Assembly: GCA_965153355.1 (NCBI GenBank)
Contig: OZ231126.1
Coordinates: 12,896,001 to 12,960,000 of the forward strand
DNA: 64,000 nt
Reading direction: 5' to 3'
Source: Flaccisagitta enflata
Taxonomy: Eukaryota
Shown here piece after piece: positions 52,797 to 64,000 of the stretch. Both the position numbers and the translations under genes were made by a program. Positions within the stretch are counted from its first letter, which is position 1. The number at the start of each line of letters is the position of its first letter. The notes under the pieces were generated by a model. It was not told the origin of the DNA. It worked only from the letters and a program-made list of their open reading frames with translations, and made no database searches.

Positions 52797-54538
52797 CGTC
52801 GTTGACAAGGACATTTGCGTCTTTTATTGGATAAACCTTCTTCTTTTTCACAAATTGTTTATGAACTTGAGATTAAGTTCCTCCCGTGATTGTTATTGCC
52901 GAGTTGTTGTTATTCTTTCGTTTGTTTGTGTGTTTGTTTGTTTTTTTGTTTGCGTTTTGGACGTCTCTTTTCCAAGATTCCATAAAATATGACTTGACGA
53001 GACTTAGATCCAATTTGTATCTATTTTCGTTTTCATGTCGTTTTCGTTTGGATACTTTTACAATGAGTTGTAACACATTCCTTTGGATGTCATAGTACCA
53101 ATCCAATCCAACATGGCTGAGAAGAAAAGAAAAATAAGAAAATGAGAAATTAGAAGAAATGGCAATTGTTTTTTGGGCAATTTCATCATTTGAATTAAAT
53201 TTTTTTTGTAGTAAGATAATCAGACAAGCCAAGTTGATACATGGGAAAAAGACAATGGTGAGACCAGAAAATTAAGAGAACTGGGGAAGACATAGATCGA
53301 ATGTTGAAGCAAAAATGAGAGGTTGGGTGAAGCAAGATGAGACAGTTTGAAAAGAATAAGCGACGTGATAAGGTAAAGTATGGACGTAAAGAAATACAAT
53401 GTGATGCGATAAGGTATTTTGATATGGTATGGCAAAGATAAGTTGAAGAGAGAGCTTTTAAGTTGTGACTCGATGAGGCAATTCTTAAAGGAATGGCGGA
53501 GTAATTTGGTAAGGCAATGTGATAAGGCGAGGCAGTGTGTCTTGGAACGGCAATGTGTATACGTGTAAGAGTATGGCAATGTGGTCCGAGGAGGCGTTAA
53601 GAGACGGTTAGGTAATGTGATCAGGAGCAGCAATGTGATATGGAGCGGCAATCTGGTAATGAAACAAGGCCGGATACACGGCAATCCAGTCGCGGACGGT
53701 TGGGCAGGAGCAGTAGTGCAAAAACCGCTCGTAATTCAAAAATGTGACCGACCAACGGACCGACGGACCGACGGACCGACGGACCGACCGACGGACCAAG
53801 GTGTAGAGTCGCGTGTCCGCGACTAAAAATTAGAAGTGCGGTTAACCAGACAAGCAGAGAGGTAATTTGGTAAGAAAAGGAATGTCGGACAGGCAGAGAG
53901 GCGCAAATGGAAACGCCAAATTGAAAAAAAAATGGAACTGAATGCGTGAGAGTCTTTGACCGAAGACAGAGTGAGAGAGACTATGTTGCACGAGCGGAAC
54001 ACAACAGACTAAGAACACGTCCAAGTTGACGCCGTCGTCGTCATCTTCGTCGTCATCGTCGTCGTCGTCGTCGTCATCATCGCCATTATCTCCAACGTTG
54101 AATATTGTCACTTTAAATTTTTCTCACAAAAATTATGAAACGTTTATAAGGTTAAACGGTGAAATCGGTGTGGAAGGCATGACCCATCATGAATAAAAAC
54201 TATCACGACCGTGTAACATTTTTACAGCGCAAATTATTTTTCAACATCTGAAAATTGAATTGTTTTATTGTGACTATTTTTTTTTTGAAAATTTAACACC
54301 GATCATGTAGAAGCCAAGAAGAGTCAAGAGAAGTAGAAGAGACGTGGCATTGAAATCCGTCTTACTGTTGAATGATGACTTTTTAAAAACGCGTTGCAGA
54401 AATGATGCTCATCGACATCAACATTGCACATTGCACATTGACGTTGCAACGTCTATTGCCTTCTCTCTTCCTTTTTTGGGTGATCGATAAGACAAGAAAA
54501 AATAGGGTGGTTGTCTTCTTTATCTCTTTTTTTCTCTT

Positions 54539-54614
<76 letters not shown>

Positions 54615-54638
54615 CTCCCGTCATCGGACCTTGAGAGT

Positions 54639-54673
<35 letters not shown>

Positions 54674-55202
54674 TATCGTTTTCCCTATCATGTCTCTTCC
54701 TCCTTATCCTCCTCCGCTTTCAGTAGGAAATCCACTGTGTCCTCCTCCTCCTCCTGCTCACCTTCCTCTTCTTCTTCTTACAATGTATCTTTACGCCTTT
54801 CATTGATCATTGACGTACTTTGCGAGTCGCCTGTCTTCAGTAACGATATCGATGACGATATCGATGACGAAGACGTTAACGATGACGATATCGATGAAGA
54901 AATCATTAACGATGACGATAACGGTGACGGAACCGTTAACGATGACAATATCGATGACAAAGTCAGTAACGATGACGATATATATCGTTGACGAAAAAAA
55001 AAAAATTTAAAGATAGTTACGTTGTTCAGATATATACTTTTTTCCCATTGCTTAAGATATAGATAGATGGTCTCACCTCATGGTCCCTGCTAAAATGAAT
55101 GTCTTTATTTCTCCTTAACCCCCACCCCCCCCCTCTCTCTCTCTCTCTTGATTCCTCGTCCTCTTCTTCCTTTCATCAATTCCACCATTTCTCATCCACA
55201 CA

Positions 55203-55294
<92 letters not shown>

Positions 55295-56069
55295 CTTGAC
55301 TCTGTTATTTTAACGGGTTGGACGAGATAACAATAGCTTTCAACGGGAGGAGGAAGAGGAAGAGGAGCAAATTTCTCTCGGGAGTCTAAAAGGTCTTTTC
55401 TTCACGGCGAGGAGGACTCAAACGTTGCTTGAGATATGATGGGAAGAAGAAGAGGCGAAAGAGAGACAGAGACAGAGACAGAGACATGATGGGAAGAAGA
55501 CCAAGAGACAAAGACAGAGACAGAGACAGAGAGACGTAACCAGATATGTTTACAAAAGAAACTGATCTTCTCATCTTTTCTCAACTATTTCCTTTTTTTG
55601 CTCTCTTTATCTTTGTTTCTCTCTTTTACCCTCCTCTTTTTTGAGAGTTCGTGCCACACATTGAGCCACAATTGCCAAAACTTGCCTCCTTGGCAATATC
55701 TGTACCATAGCACCTTCAGTTAAGAGAGCACGACCATCTATACAGATGTTTGAGTTTCAAAAAAACTTTTACAGATGTTTAACAAGGCCGGATACACGGC
55801 AAAACAGTCGCGGAGGGTTGGGCAGGGGCCGTAATGCAAGAACCGCTCGAAATCCAAAAATATTTGGGACGTACCCACCAACCGACCGACACAGCAACTG
55901 AAAACCTAATCATATTTAACAAAACCTATGCTTCTTCACTGTTAATTGAGCAGACAAAAATCTAAACCTTGATAGCCACCCCAACTATAACAAGGACTTC
56001 GTCATTAACTACTGGTGTTTGCAGTTTTCTGTGGCAACTTATGACAGACATGATACCATCTTGCTAATA

Positions 56070-56571
56070 ACCCTGGGCAAAAAAAAAAATCGCACATTGC
56101 TTATTTCTACCCTAAGTCGGTGTGGCTTTTGAGAAAGTACATAAAATCTATGACCATTTTAAAGAGCTTCAAAAAATCTTTCATTTGAGTCGTTGAAGGA
56201 AATTCTAACTTGATAAGTCTAGAAGCTATATTAATTTGAAAACAAAGTATCAAATTAAGATCTGACAGATATGACATTTTTTACTTACTTGAATTCATGG
56301 ACTAAATATGTTCGTTTGATTACCATTTCTAAATGGATTGACTTGAAAAGGTCTGCTTGGCGCCATTTTGTAGATAATAAGTTATATTTTCATTTTCTCA
56401 TAAATTTCTTAATAATTCTTAATAATTGAGTGACAACTTTCTACTTGGTCTAGGTTTGAAGAACTTTTGAATATCTTTCATACGGTCACTGATTTTTTGT
56501 ATTTTTATTGAAATCAAGCCGGTCAAAAGCATCCAAAAGTGCCATGTGCGGTTTTTTTTTTTGCCCATGGT
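56070..56571. mobile_element. MITE flanked by TA
   Basis: TIRs accctgggcaaaaaaaaaaatcgcacattgc / rc accatgggcaaaaaaaaaaaccgcacatggc. Confidence 0.7.
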
Positions 56572-56710
56572 TAGATGTATCACCCTCTGAAAAAATGCCT
56601 CAACGTTGGAAAAATGTTGCTCTTAAATGAATAAAGCTGTTGTCATCATATAAGTCTCATTCTTATTATTTGTTAAGATACGTTAAAATGAGACCAATCT
56701 AGAAATTGTA

Positions 56711-57284
56711 CAGTAGATGTCGTCTAGACTTGGAAATATGGGGGAAGTTATTACAGGAAGACAAATAAAGTTAAGAAAGTGATATTTGGAATATAAACTA
56801 ATAAAAGGATGCTTTATTGCCTATGGGTGTTGGTTGCCATGGAAACACATTTCCATGTATTTACGCTAAAGTATCAATTTTTTGAGAAATTTTTTGAGGG
56901 AACATTGTTTAAAATAAAATTTGCTACAATTTTCCCACAGTATGTTCTGTAAGAATATCGCTGGTTTGGCGGTTGCTAGGGAGTATCACAGGGCTGTCAC
57001 ACATAATTACGCTCCCTAGCAACGGCTAAACGAGCAATATTCTTACAGAACATACTGTGGGAAAGTTATGGCAAATTTTATTTTAAACAATGTTCCCTAA
57101 AAAAATTTCTCAAAATATTGATACTATAGCGTGAATACATGAAAATGTGTTTCCATAGCAACCAACGCCCATGGGCAACAGAGCATCCTTTTATTAGCCT
57201 ATATTCCAAATATCAGTCTCTCAAATAAATTTGTCTTCCTGTTATAACTTCCCCCATATTTCTAAGTCTAGACGACATCTACTG
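56711..57284. mobile_element. Fully palindromic Tc1/mariner-type MITE
   Basis: Same TIR as 17751-18259, TA flanks; the two halves are reverse complements over ~270 bp. Confidence 0.87.
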
Positions 57285-57894
57285 TAGTTTTTTTTTTTGT
57301 TTAGGAGCAACTTTCTTCCAAAGTTGATGCTTCTTTTCAGATGATGATATACTTATTAGCACAATAGTATATTTTCAACACAAGTGTTTAATCTATTCAG
57401 TTGCGGTGGATATGATCGGTTTTGCTGCATTGGTCTGAAACTTTTTAGGTTGCTGCATCAGTTGCACAATGTACACGTAACAAGTCGTCGCTTTCACCGA
57501 ATCCCAAAAGGGAGAGATACTGTCTCTGACCAAAAAAGAAAAAAAAAGAATCATAAACTGCTCTTTTTTGGAAACATAACATTGCCGTCGCATTGCAAAC
57601 GGCGAGCGTTATCATTTTGTATGGTGACATTTTGTAAGAAATCTAGTGCTAAATGTGGTTAGGAAAGAAAGGCAAAAATTGTCTTAAAGCTACACGCGCA
57701 AATGTTTGACCTCAAACGCCGAAACCCTTTCATTAACTTATTTAAGTCGGCTTAATGATCTTTCTCTCAAAATATGAAAGCATAAATCCATCCATCCATA
57801 CTTCTGTGCATGACCCAATCCATAATTCCATGTATTCATCAATATATGCAATTGGTGCTTACTTTCCATTCATCGATCGGCAAACAAAACTATC

Positions 57895-58535
57895 CCTCCA
57901 TCCATCCATCAATCCATCCATCCATCCATCCATCCATCCATACATTCATCCATCCATCCATTCATCCATCCATCCATCCATCCATCCATCCATCCATCCA
58001 TCCATCCATCCATCCATCCATCCATCCATCCAACCATCCCATCCATCCATCCATCAATCCATCCATCCATCCAACCATCCCATCCATCCATCCATCCATC
58101 CATCCATCCATCCATCCATCCATCCATCCATCCATCCATCCATCCATCCATCCATCCATCCATCCATCCATCCATCCATCCATCCATCCATCCATCCATC
58201 CATCCATCCATCCATCCATCCATCCATCCATCCATCCATCCATCCAACCATCCATCCATCCATCCATCCATCCATCCATCCATCCATCCATCCATCCATC
58301 CATCCATCCATCCATCCATCCATCCATCCAACCATCCATCCATCCATCCATCCATCCATCCATCCATCCATCCATCCCTCCATCCATCCATCCATCCATC
58401 CATCCATCCATCCATCCATCCAACCATCCCTCCATCCATCCATCCATCCATCCATCCATCCATTCATCCAACCATCCCTCCATTCATCCATCCATCCATC
58501 CATCCATCCATCCATCCATCCATTCATTCATCCAT
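57895..58535. repeat. (CCAT)n microsatellite
   Basis: Direct reading. Confidence 0.97.
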
Positions 58536-58860
58536 CCGTCCATTCGTTGTAGCAATTATTCCCTGTTAAGTTGCGGACTCAAAACTCTATAATAGGCTCT
58601 GTCCGTCTGTACGTTCATCCGTCCATTCACCCGTTTGTCTAAGGGTCGCGATTGAGCTGAAAGTGTGAGAACCCGCATCTAAGAGTTACCTATATAGTAG
58701 TATATACTTGGTTTTTGTAAGTGCTTGTGAAGGCGGGGGCATTATACGCTCCAGCCCCCCCCCCCCGTCCGCAACGATATTGTAACCCCGAGTTACTTGT
58801 TTACATAAACAAGATTTCCTCTCCAAATTCATTCGGCCATTTTTTGATGACGTGCATTTG

Positions 58861-61800
58861 ATAGGACATCCCAGACCGGCTGGTTCTGAAGGCTACTACT
58901 AAAATCTATCAAAAGTGGTGTTCTTTCGGGACCATCGACATCCTCTTGGACCAAAATGATTGTTGTTTTGTGATTTTTTTGAAAAATGTGCAACGGGTGC
59001 CCTCTAATAGATTGCTTGTTAAGGAGGCAAAAAACGCAAAAATTGCAAAAAACGCCGATTTTAGCTTTTTTCAACTTATGTTAATTTCAATTACCTCAGT
59101 CCTACAGCAGTTATCCTGGCTGGTACAGTTCCTCTAATTTAAAAACTTGCAAGGACAACAAGAATTTTAGTTCTGTGCCTTAGGTACACTTGATTACATC
59201 ACTATTGGCGCAGAAAAAAACGTGAAAAAATTGAAAATAGCAAAAATTGAAAAAATAAGCGTATATCATTTTTTCTTGACTATTTCTATTGTCCTATCTT
59301 CACTCCATGCATTTGACTATTGTGTGAGCTGCAGCGGCACTATGACCTTAATAGTCACAAAAGCACCACAAAGTCAGCGGTACCCAATTTCCCCGAGTTG
59401 GTTTATATGAGGATGTAATGGTGCGGGGGCAGCGGCTCCGGAGGGGCAGATGAACTATGATTCCACACAGAGCTATTTTCTGAGCTAGGGTCTGCTAGTG
59501 TTAATCTTGGGTTTCAAAGGCCTGATTTGAAGTTTGGGAGGCCTGAATTAAGGTCTGGGAGGTCTGAGTTGAGTCTGAGAAACCTGAATGAGGGTCTGGA
59601 AGACCTAAGTTGGGTCTGAGAGGCCTGAATTTTGATCTGGGAGGCTTGACTTGGGGTCTGAGAGGCTTGATTTTGGGTCTGAGAGGCCTGATTTGTGGTC
59701 TTTGAGGCCTGAGTTGGGGCTTGAGAGACTTGATCTGGAATCTGAAAGGCCTGATTTGGGGTCTGAGAGACTTGATTTGGGGTCTAAGAGGCTTGATTTG
59801 GGGTCCATGAGGGCCAATTTGGGGGCTGAGAGGCCTGATTTCGGGCCTGAGAGACCTGATTTGTGGTCTGAGAGGCCTGATATGGGGTCTGAGAGGCCTG
59901 ATTACGAGTCTGAGAGGCCCGATTACGAGTCTTAGAGGCCTGATTTGGAGTCCGAGAGACCTGATCTGATCTAGTCTTGGGTCCAAGAGGGCCAATTTGG
60001 GGTCTGAGAGGCCTGATTGGGGGGGGGACATACAACGGAGAAAATCGCGGTACGGAATCATAGGTTATCTGCCCGTCTGGGGCCCCTGCCCAAAAAAGGA
60101 TGAACAAGTAACAAGGGGTTACAATGCTGTAGCAGATGAGTGGGCAGGGGTGTTCAACCTCCCTTTTCACCCCATGTCACCCCTTCTATAGACATACATA
60201 GCAAGTCCTCCAAGGATATCATATGGTCAGTGGCACCCAATGCCCTGCTCTATTGCAGTTTTAAGGTAATGGGGTGAGAGCAGAGCAGCAGCCCCAAAGA
60301 ACCGATGTCCTGCAGAATTTCCATACTTTAAGGGAAGAGGTAACAGAAGACCTGAGCAACTCTAAGAGGTCTGATATCAGTCTGAAAGAGACTGATTTTA
60401 GGCCTGTGAGGGCTGATATTCAACCTGAGAGAGCTGATTTCAGGTCTGAAAAGGTTGCTTTCAGATCTGCTAGGGCTGATTTCAGACTTAAGTGTGCTAA
60501 TTTCAGGTTTTGGAGGGCTGGTTTCAGGCCTGAGGGAGCTGATTCTAGGCTCCATTTGGTAGATATATGGTCTTTATAGGCTGGATTGGGGCTTCTGGCC
60601 TGGGGGGATGAATGGATGGATGGATGTACGGACTAACAGATGGATAAACAGACATATAGAAATTCATCTCTGTGTTCCATAGGACATTGGCCCTTTGGGG
60701 CTGCTGCCCCAAAAGCATCTAAAACGCTTGATTTTTTATTTTTTTTTGGCAGCGGCCAATGATCTATGATTTCTTACAGGGAAATTTTTTCTGTTTCTCC
60801 ATCTCCGTCCCCCCAAAGCCTTAAAAAACCGCTGCTCGGGCATGAAATTGGCCCTCCCAAGCCCTCTCACACCTGAGAGGCTTAACATAAGCTTTCTCAG
60901 GCCTCAAATTGACCCTCCCAAGCCTTAAACTATCACTCTTAGGCCTCAAATTGACCCTCCCAGGCCTCTAATTAGCCGTCCTAAGTCTTTCAGGCTCTTT
61001 CAGGCCCTAAATTGACCCGCCTGAGTCTCAAATTTTACCCTCTCAGGCTTCAACTCAGCCATCCTGGGCCTCAAATAAGCCCTTTTAGGCCTCAAATTGA
61101 CCCTCCCAAGCCTCACATTAGCCCTCCCATGACTTGAATTGAGCATACCAGGTCTCAAATATGCTATCCCATGCCGCATATCAGCCCTTTTCAAGCATTA
61201 AATTAACCCTCCTATCATCCTGTGCCTCCTAGCCCTTCTCAGGCCAGCCTCCACATGCATCAACCCATCCTCCTCAGTTCTCAAATCAGCCCCCTAGAAC
61301 ATGGAATCAAGGGTCATCATCCACCAGGTAATCTGTAATGTAAAACAATGAGATTAAACCCCGAGGTTGCTTGGAATTGCTTGGGTTCTGCTCGGGGTTG
61401 CTCGGAGTTGCTCGGGGTCGCTTGGGGTTGATGTCATCATTTGTCATTGTTTCTAACAATGCAACCCCAAGCAACCCCGAGCAACCCCAAGCAAACCCCA
61501 AGCAACCCCGAGCAAACCCCAAGCATGGGTTGCTTGGGGTTTACTTGGGGTTTTCTTGGGGTTAAACCCCGAGCAACCCAGAGCAACCCCTGGGGTTTAA
61601 TCTCACCCCAGATTACAGGGTGTCATCCCCTAAAAGGCCACTGCCCCATTAACCTGAGATAATATTTAGAATAAATAGGGCATCAGGTACCCCTGACCAT
61701 ATGATGCTTGAGCGACTTATTGGACATGTGCTCAAAGACTCTTTGACCCATGGACAGACAACGCGACTAGAAATGGCTAAATGGCCCAAAAAGGGCATAA

Positions 61801-62300
61801 TTCTAATATCTGGTTGACTCCACAAGTTCATTAAGATTGTAAGGCCTCTGCAGCTCACATAATGGTCAAGTAAATGGGGTGAGTGAGGATAGGATGATTG
61901 ATATGGTTAAGTAGTAATGAATCATTTTCGCAATTTTCATCATTTTCCTTTTTTTAACGGGACCAATAGTGATGAAATCAAGTGCACTTGATGCACAGAA
62001 CTGAAATTCTTGTTTTTCTTGAATGTTCATCTGTTAAAGAAGCTGTGCTTGCTAGCATAACTGCCATAGGATTGAGGTAATTGAGATAAAGATATATTGA
62101 AAATAGTTAATTTTGGTGTTTTTTGCGATTTTTGCAATGTTTGGCTCCGCAACAAGCGATCTATTAAAGGGCACCCGTTGCACATTTTTCAAAGAAAGCA
62201 TAAAATTACAACTATTTTTGTCCTAGAGGATGTCAATGGTCAGTTTGAGAAACCACTTTTATACTTTCATGATACTGCATCCTGTCTGGGATGTCCTACA
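58861..62300. repeat. Pair of diverged ~480-bp inverted arms (58861-59355 and 61828-62300) enclosing HINE-like elements
   Basis: ggacatcccagac / gtctgggatgtcc, gaaaaatgtgcaacgggtgccc / gggcacccgttgcacatttttc and gtgagctgcag / ctgcagctcac occur in mirror order. Confidence 0.7.
61334..61617. mobile_element. Small inverted-repeat element built of 10-bp gcaacccc(a/g)a units
   Basis: tgagattaaacccc / ggggtttaatctca inverted ends with alternating-orientation blocks of 10-mers. Confidence 0.55.
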
Positions 62301-63441
62301 TTTGAAGGTTTCCGTTTAGCGAGACCTGTCACGTCAAACAACGACGTCAGCCTCGATATTCAAGTCTCGATGTTTAAGTCTCAATGTTCTTGAAATATAT
62401 CGACAAATAGAAGAAGATGAAGAATAGTCGCAAAAGCGTTATATGGGCGGCGGTATACGATACGGTCGATGCCCCTAAGTTAGTATATGTCTGAAGCAGG
62501 TAGTAAGAGGGGCATCGGCCCAAAAGAGGACGATGCTCTATGTTTAGGCTCATAGAAAATCATATGGAATTTTAGGGCCTTTGAGGTTGAGATAATAGTC
62601 TCAACTTCGGCTTTAAGCCTTGACTCTGGAATTTGGTTCTTGAAACTGAAATATGCTCCTTGAGGCGGGAATATAGGGCTTGAAACTATTTTTTGGCTAT
62701 CAAGGCTAGAATTTGCATTTGGTCATTGAGGCTGGAATATGGGCTCTAAGGCTGAGATTGAACTTGGAATCTGGGATTGAACCTCAAAGTTGAGATAGGG
62801 GGTCAACCCTGGGATTGGACCATGATGCAATTATTTCAGTTAAGGGAGGGGGGGGGGGGGATGGATATGGAGGAAATATTTCCCCATATGTGAAAGCATA
62901 GGTGATCGGTCACTTTGAGGCCGCCACCCAAAAACCAGAAATGAAGTGGACAGATGTTCAGATCTGTTAACACACGCGAAAACGCCCTAATGAAGAGTCT
63001 TGTACTTCACTGAATGATGTTTTATTTTTTGTTTCTGAATCCATGTACAGACAGATTTTCATCTGAATGGAAGTTGATAAAAGAAAAAAAGACAAGCATT
63101 TATTGTTTATGTTTATGAAGTCAATCATGATTCTCTTGTCTTTTTCACTCAAAGCAAGGGCAATAATCAGCTCTTGCACTAACTGAGTTGTCACGGTTTT
63201 GCAGAGAGAGAAAAAGAGAGAAAAAAAAAAGAGAAAGAGAAAAAAAATCTAAATAATGAAAAATTAGTCTCAGTCGAAAAATTTATCGAGTTATATGAAA
63301 GATCAAAGAGAAATTTGACTTTTCGTAAAAGAGAAAATTTACTAAGTGATTGAATGTTTTTGACAAGCTTCAAATTCTGAGTCCTAGAAGAAATCAAAGT
63401 TGATTTGTTTTGAATAAGAGAGGGAAAGAGGAAAGAGAGGG

Positions 63442-63606
<165 letters not shown>

Positions 63607-64000
63607 CAAGGACAGACATAGAGAGTATGAAACGGCAAAAAAAGAGGAGATCTTACATGATAGACTGATGACAGACAAGCAGATATTTTCGCTTTGCTTT
63701 TATCCATGAGGGGGAACGTGGCAGAGTGGGATGGGAGGAAGGTTGTATTTGAGGTAATGAAAAAAAACGCGAATATCATTAGATGGTCTACGGTACCCCA
63801 TAACCCGTGGTAAGGTTTATGACTATATCATGAAGGGGCAACAGCTATTACGGGACCAACGATGTTTTTCAGTTTGGATTTTGACTCTGAGGCAGGAATT
63901 TTACCATGAGGTGGAGATTCTTGCCTAGAGACTAGGATTTTAGCATGGAGACTGGAATCTGTGCTTGGAGACTAGGACTTAAGGTTGTAACCTTGGGCTT

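Noticed and set aside
54737-55010. Asp-rich ORFs upstream of Irx
   Set aside because: Degenerate ~30-bp gatgac tandem repeat; no splice or coding evidence.
59501-60061. 186-aa ORF of RPQIRPL heptads
   Set aside because: Translation of the 21-bp minisatellite inside a HINE-like element.

Overview
Repeat-rich animal (invertebrate-type) genomic DNA. The only supportable gene is a minus-strand Iroquois (Irx, TALE homeobox) gene that I could assemble by hand into 8 coding exons (52796 down to 31136; 2604 nt CDS, 867 aa). All exon phases join up, and the protein has the MAAYPQFGY N-terminus, a Cys motif, a complete TALE homeodomain, an acidic tract, the IRO box and an Irx4-like LRNWVDGVFH motif. 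About 31 kb downstream (1-~4230) lies a second, slightly diverged, frame-intact copy of only its last three exons (E6-E8) plus 3' flank. No matching E1-E5 was found between the copies, so this is either a duplicated alternative 3' exon cassette or truncated paralog, or a haplotype mis-assembly. The gene's introns contain 'echo' copies of its own splice junctions: a tandem array of exon-1 donors and copies of both exon-5 boundaries. Intron 2 is a stop-free 3n (ACA)n-filled intron sitting inside a conserved Cys motif. The rest is microsatellites, a 4.3 kb foldback-type palindrome, several MITEs and two abundant DINE-1/HINE-like families. Nearly all ORFs in the supplied track are microsatellite or antisense artefacts. 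Alignments were made by eye, and repeat coordinates are approximate.
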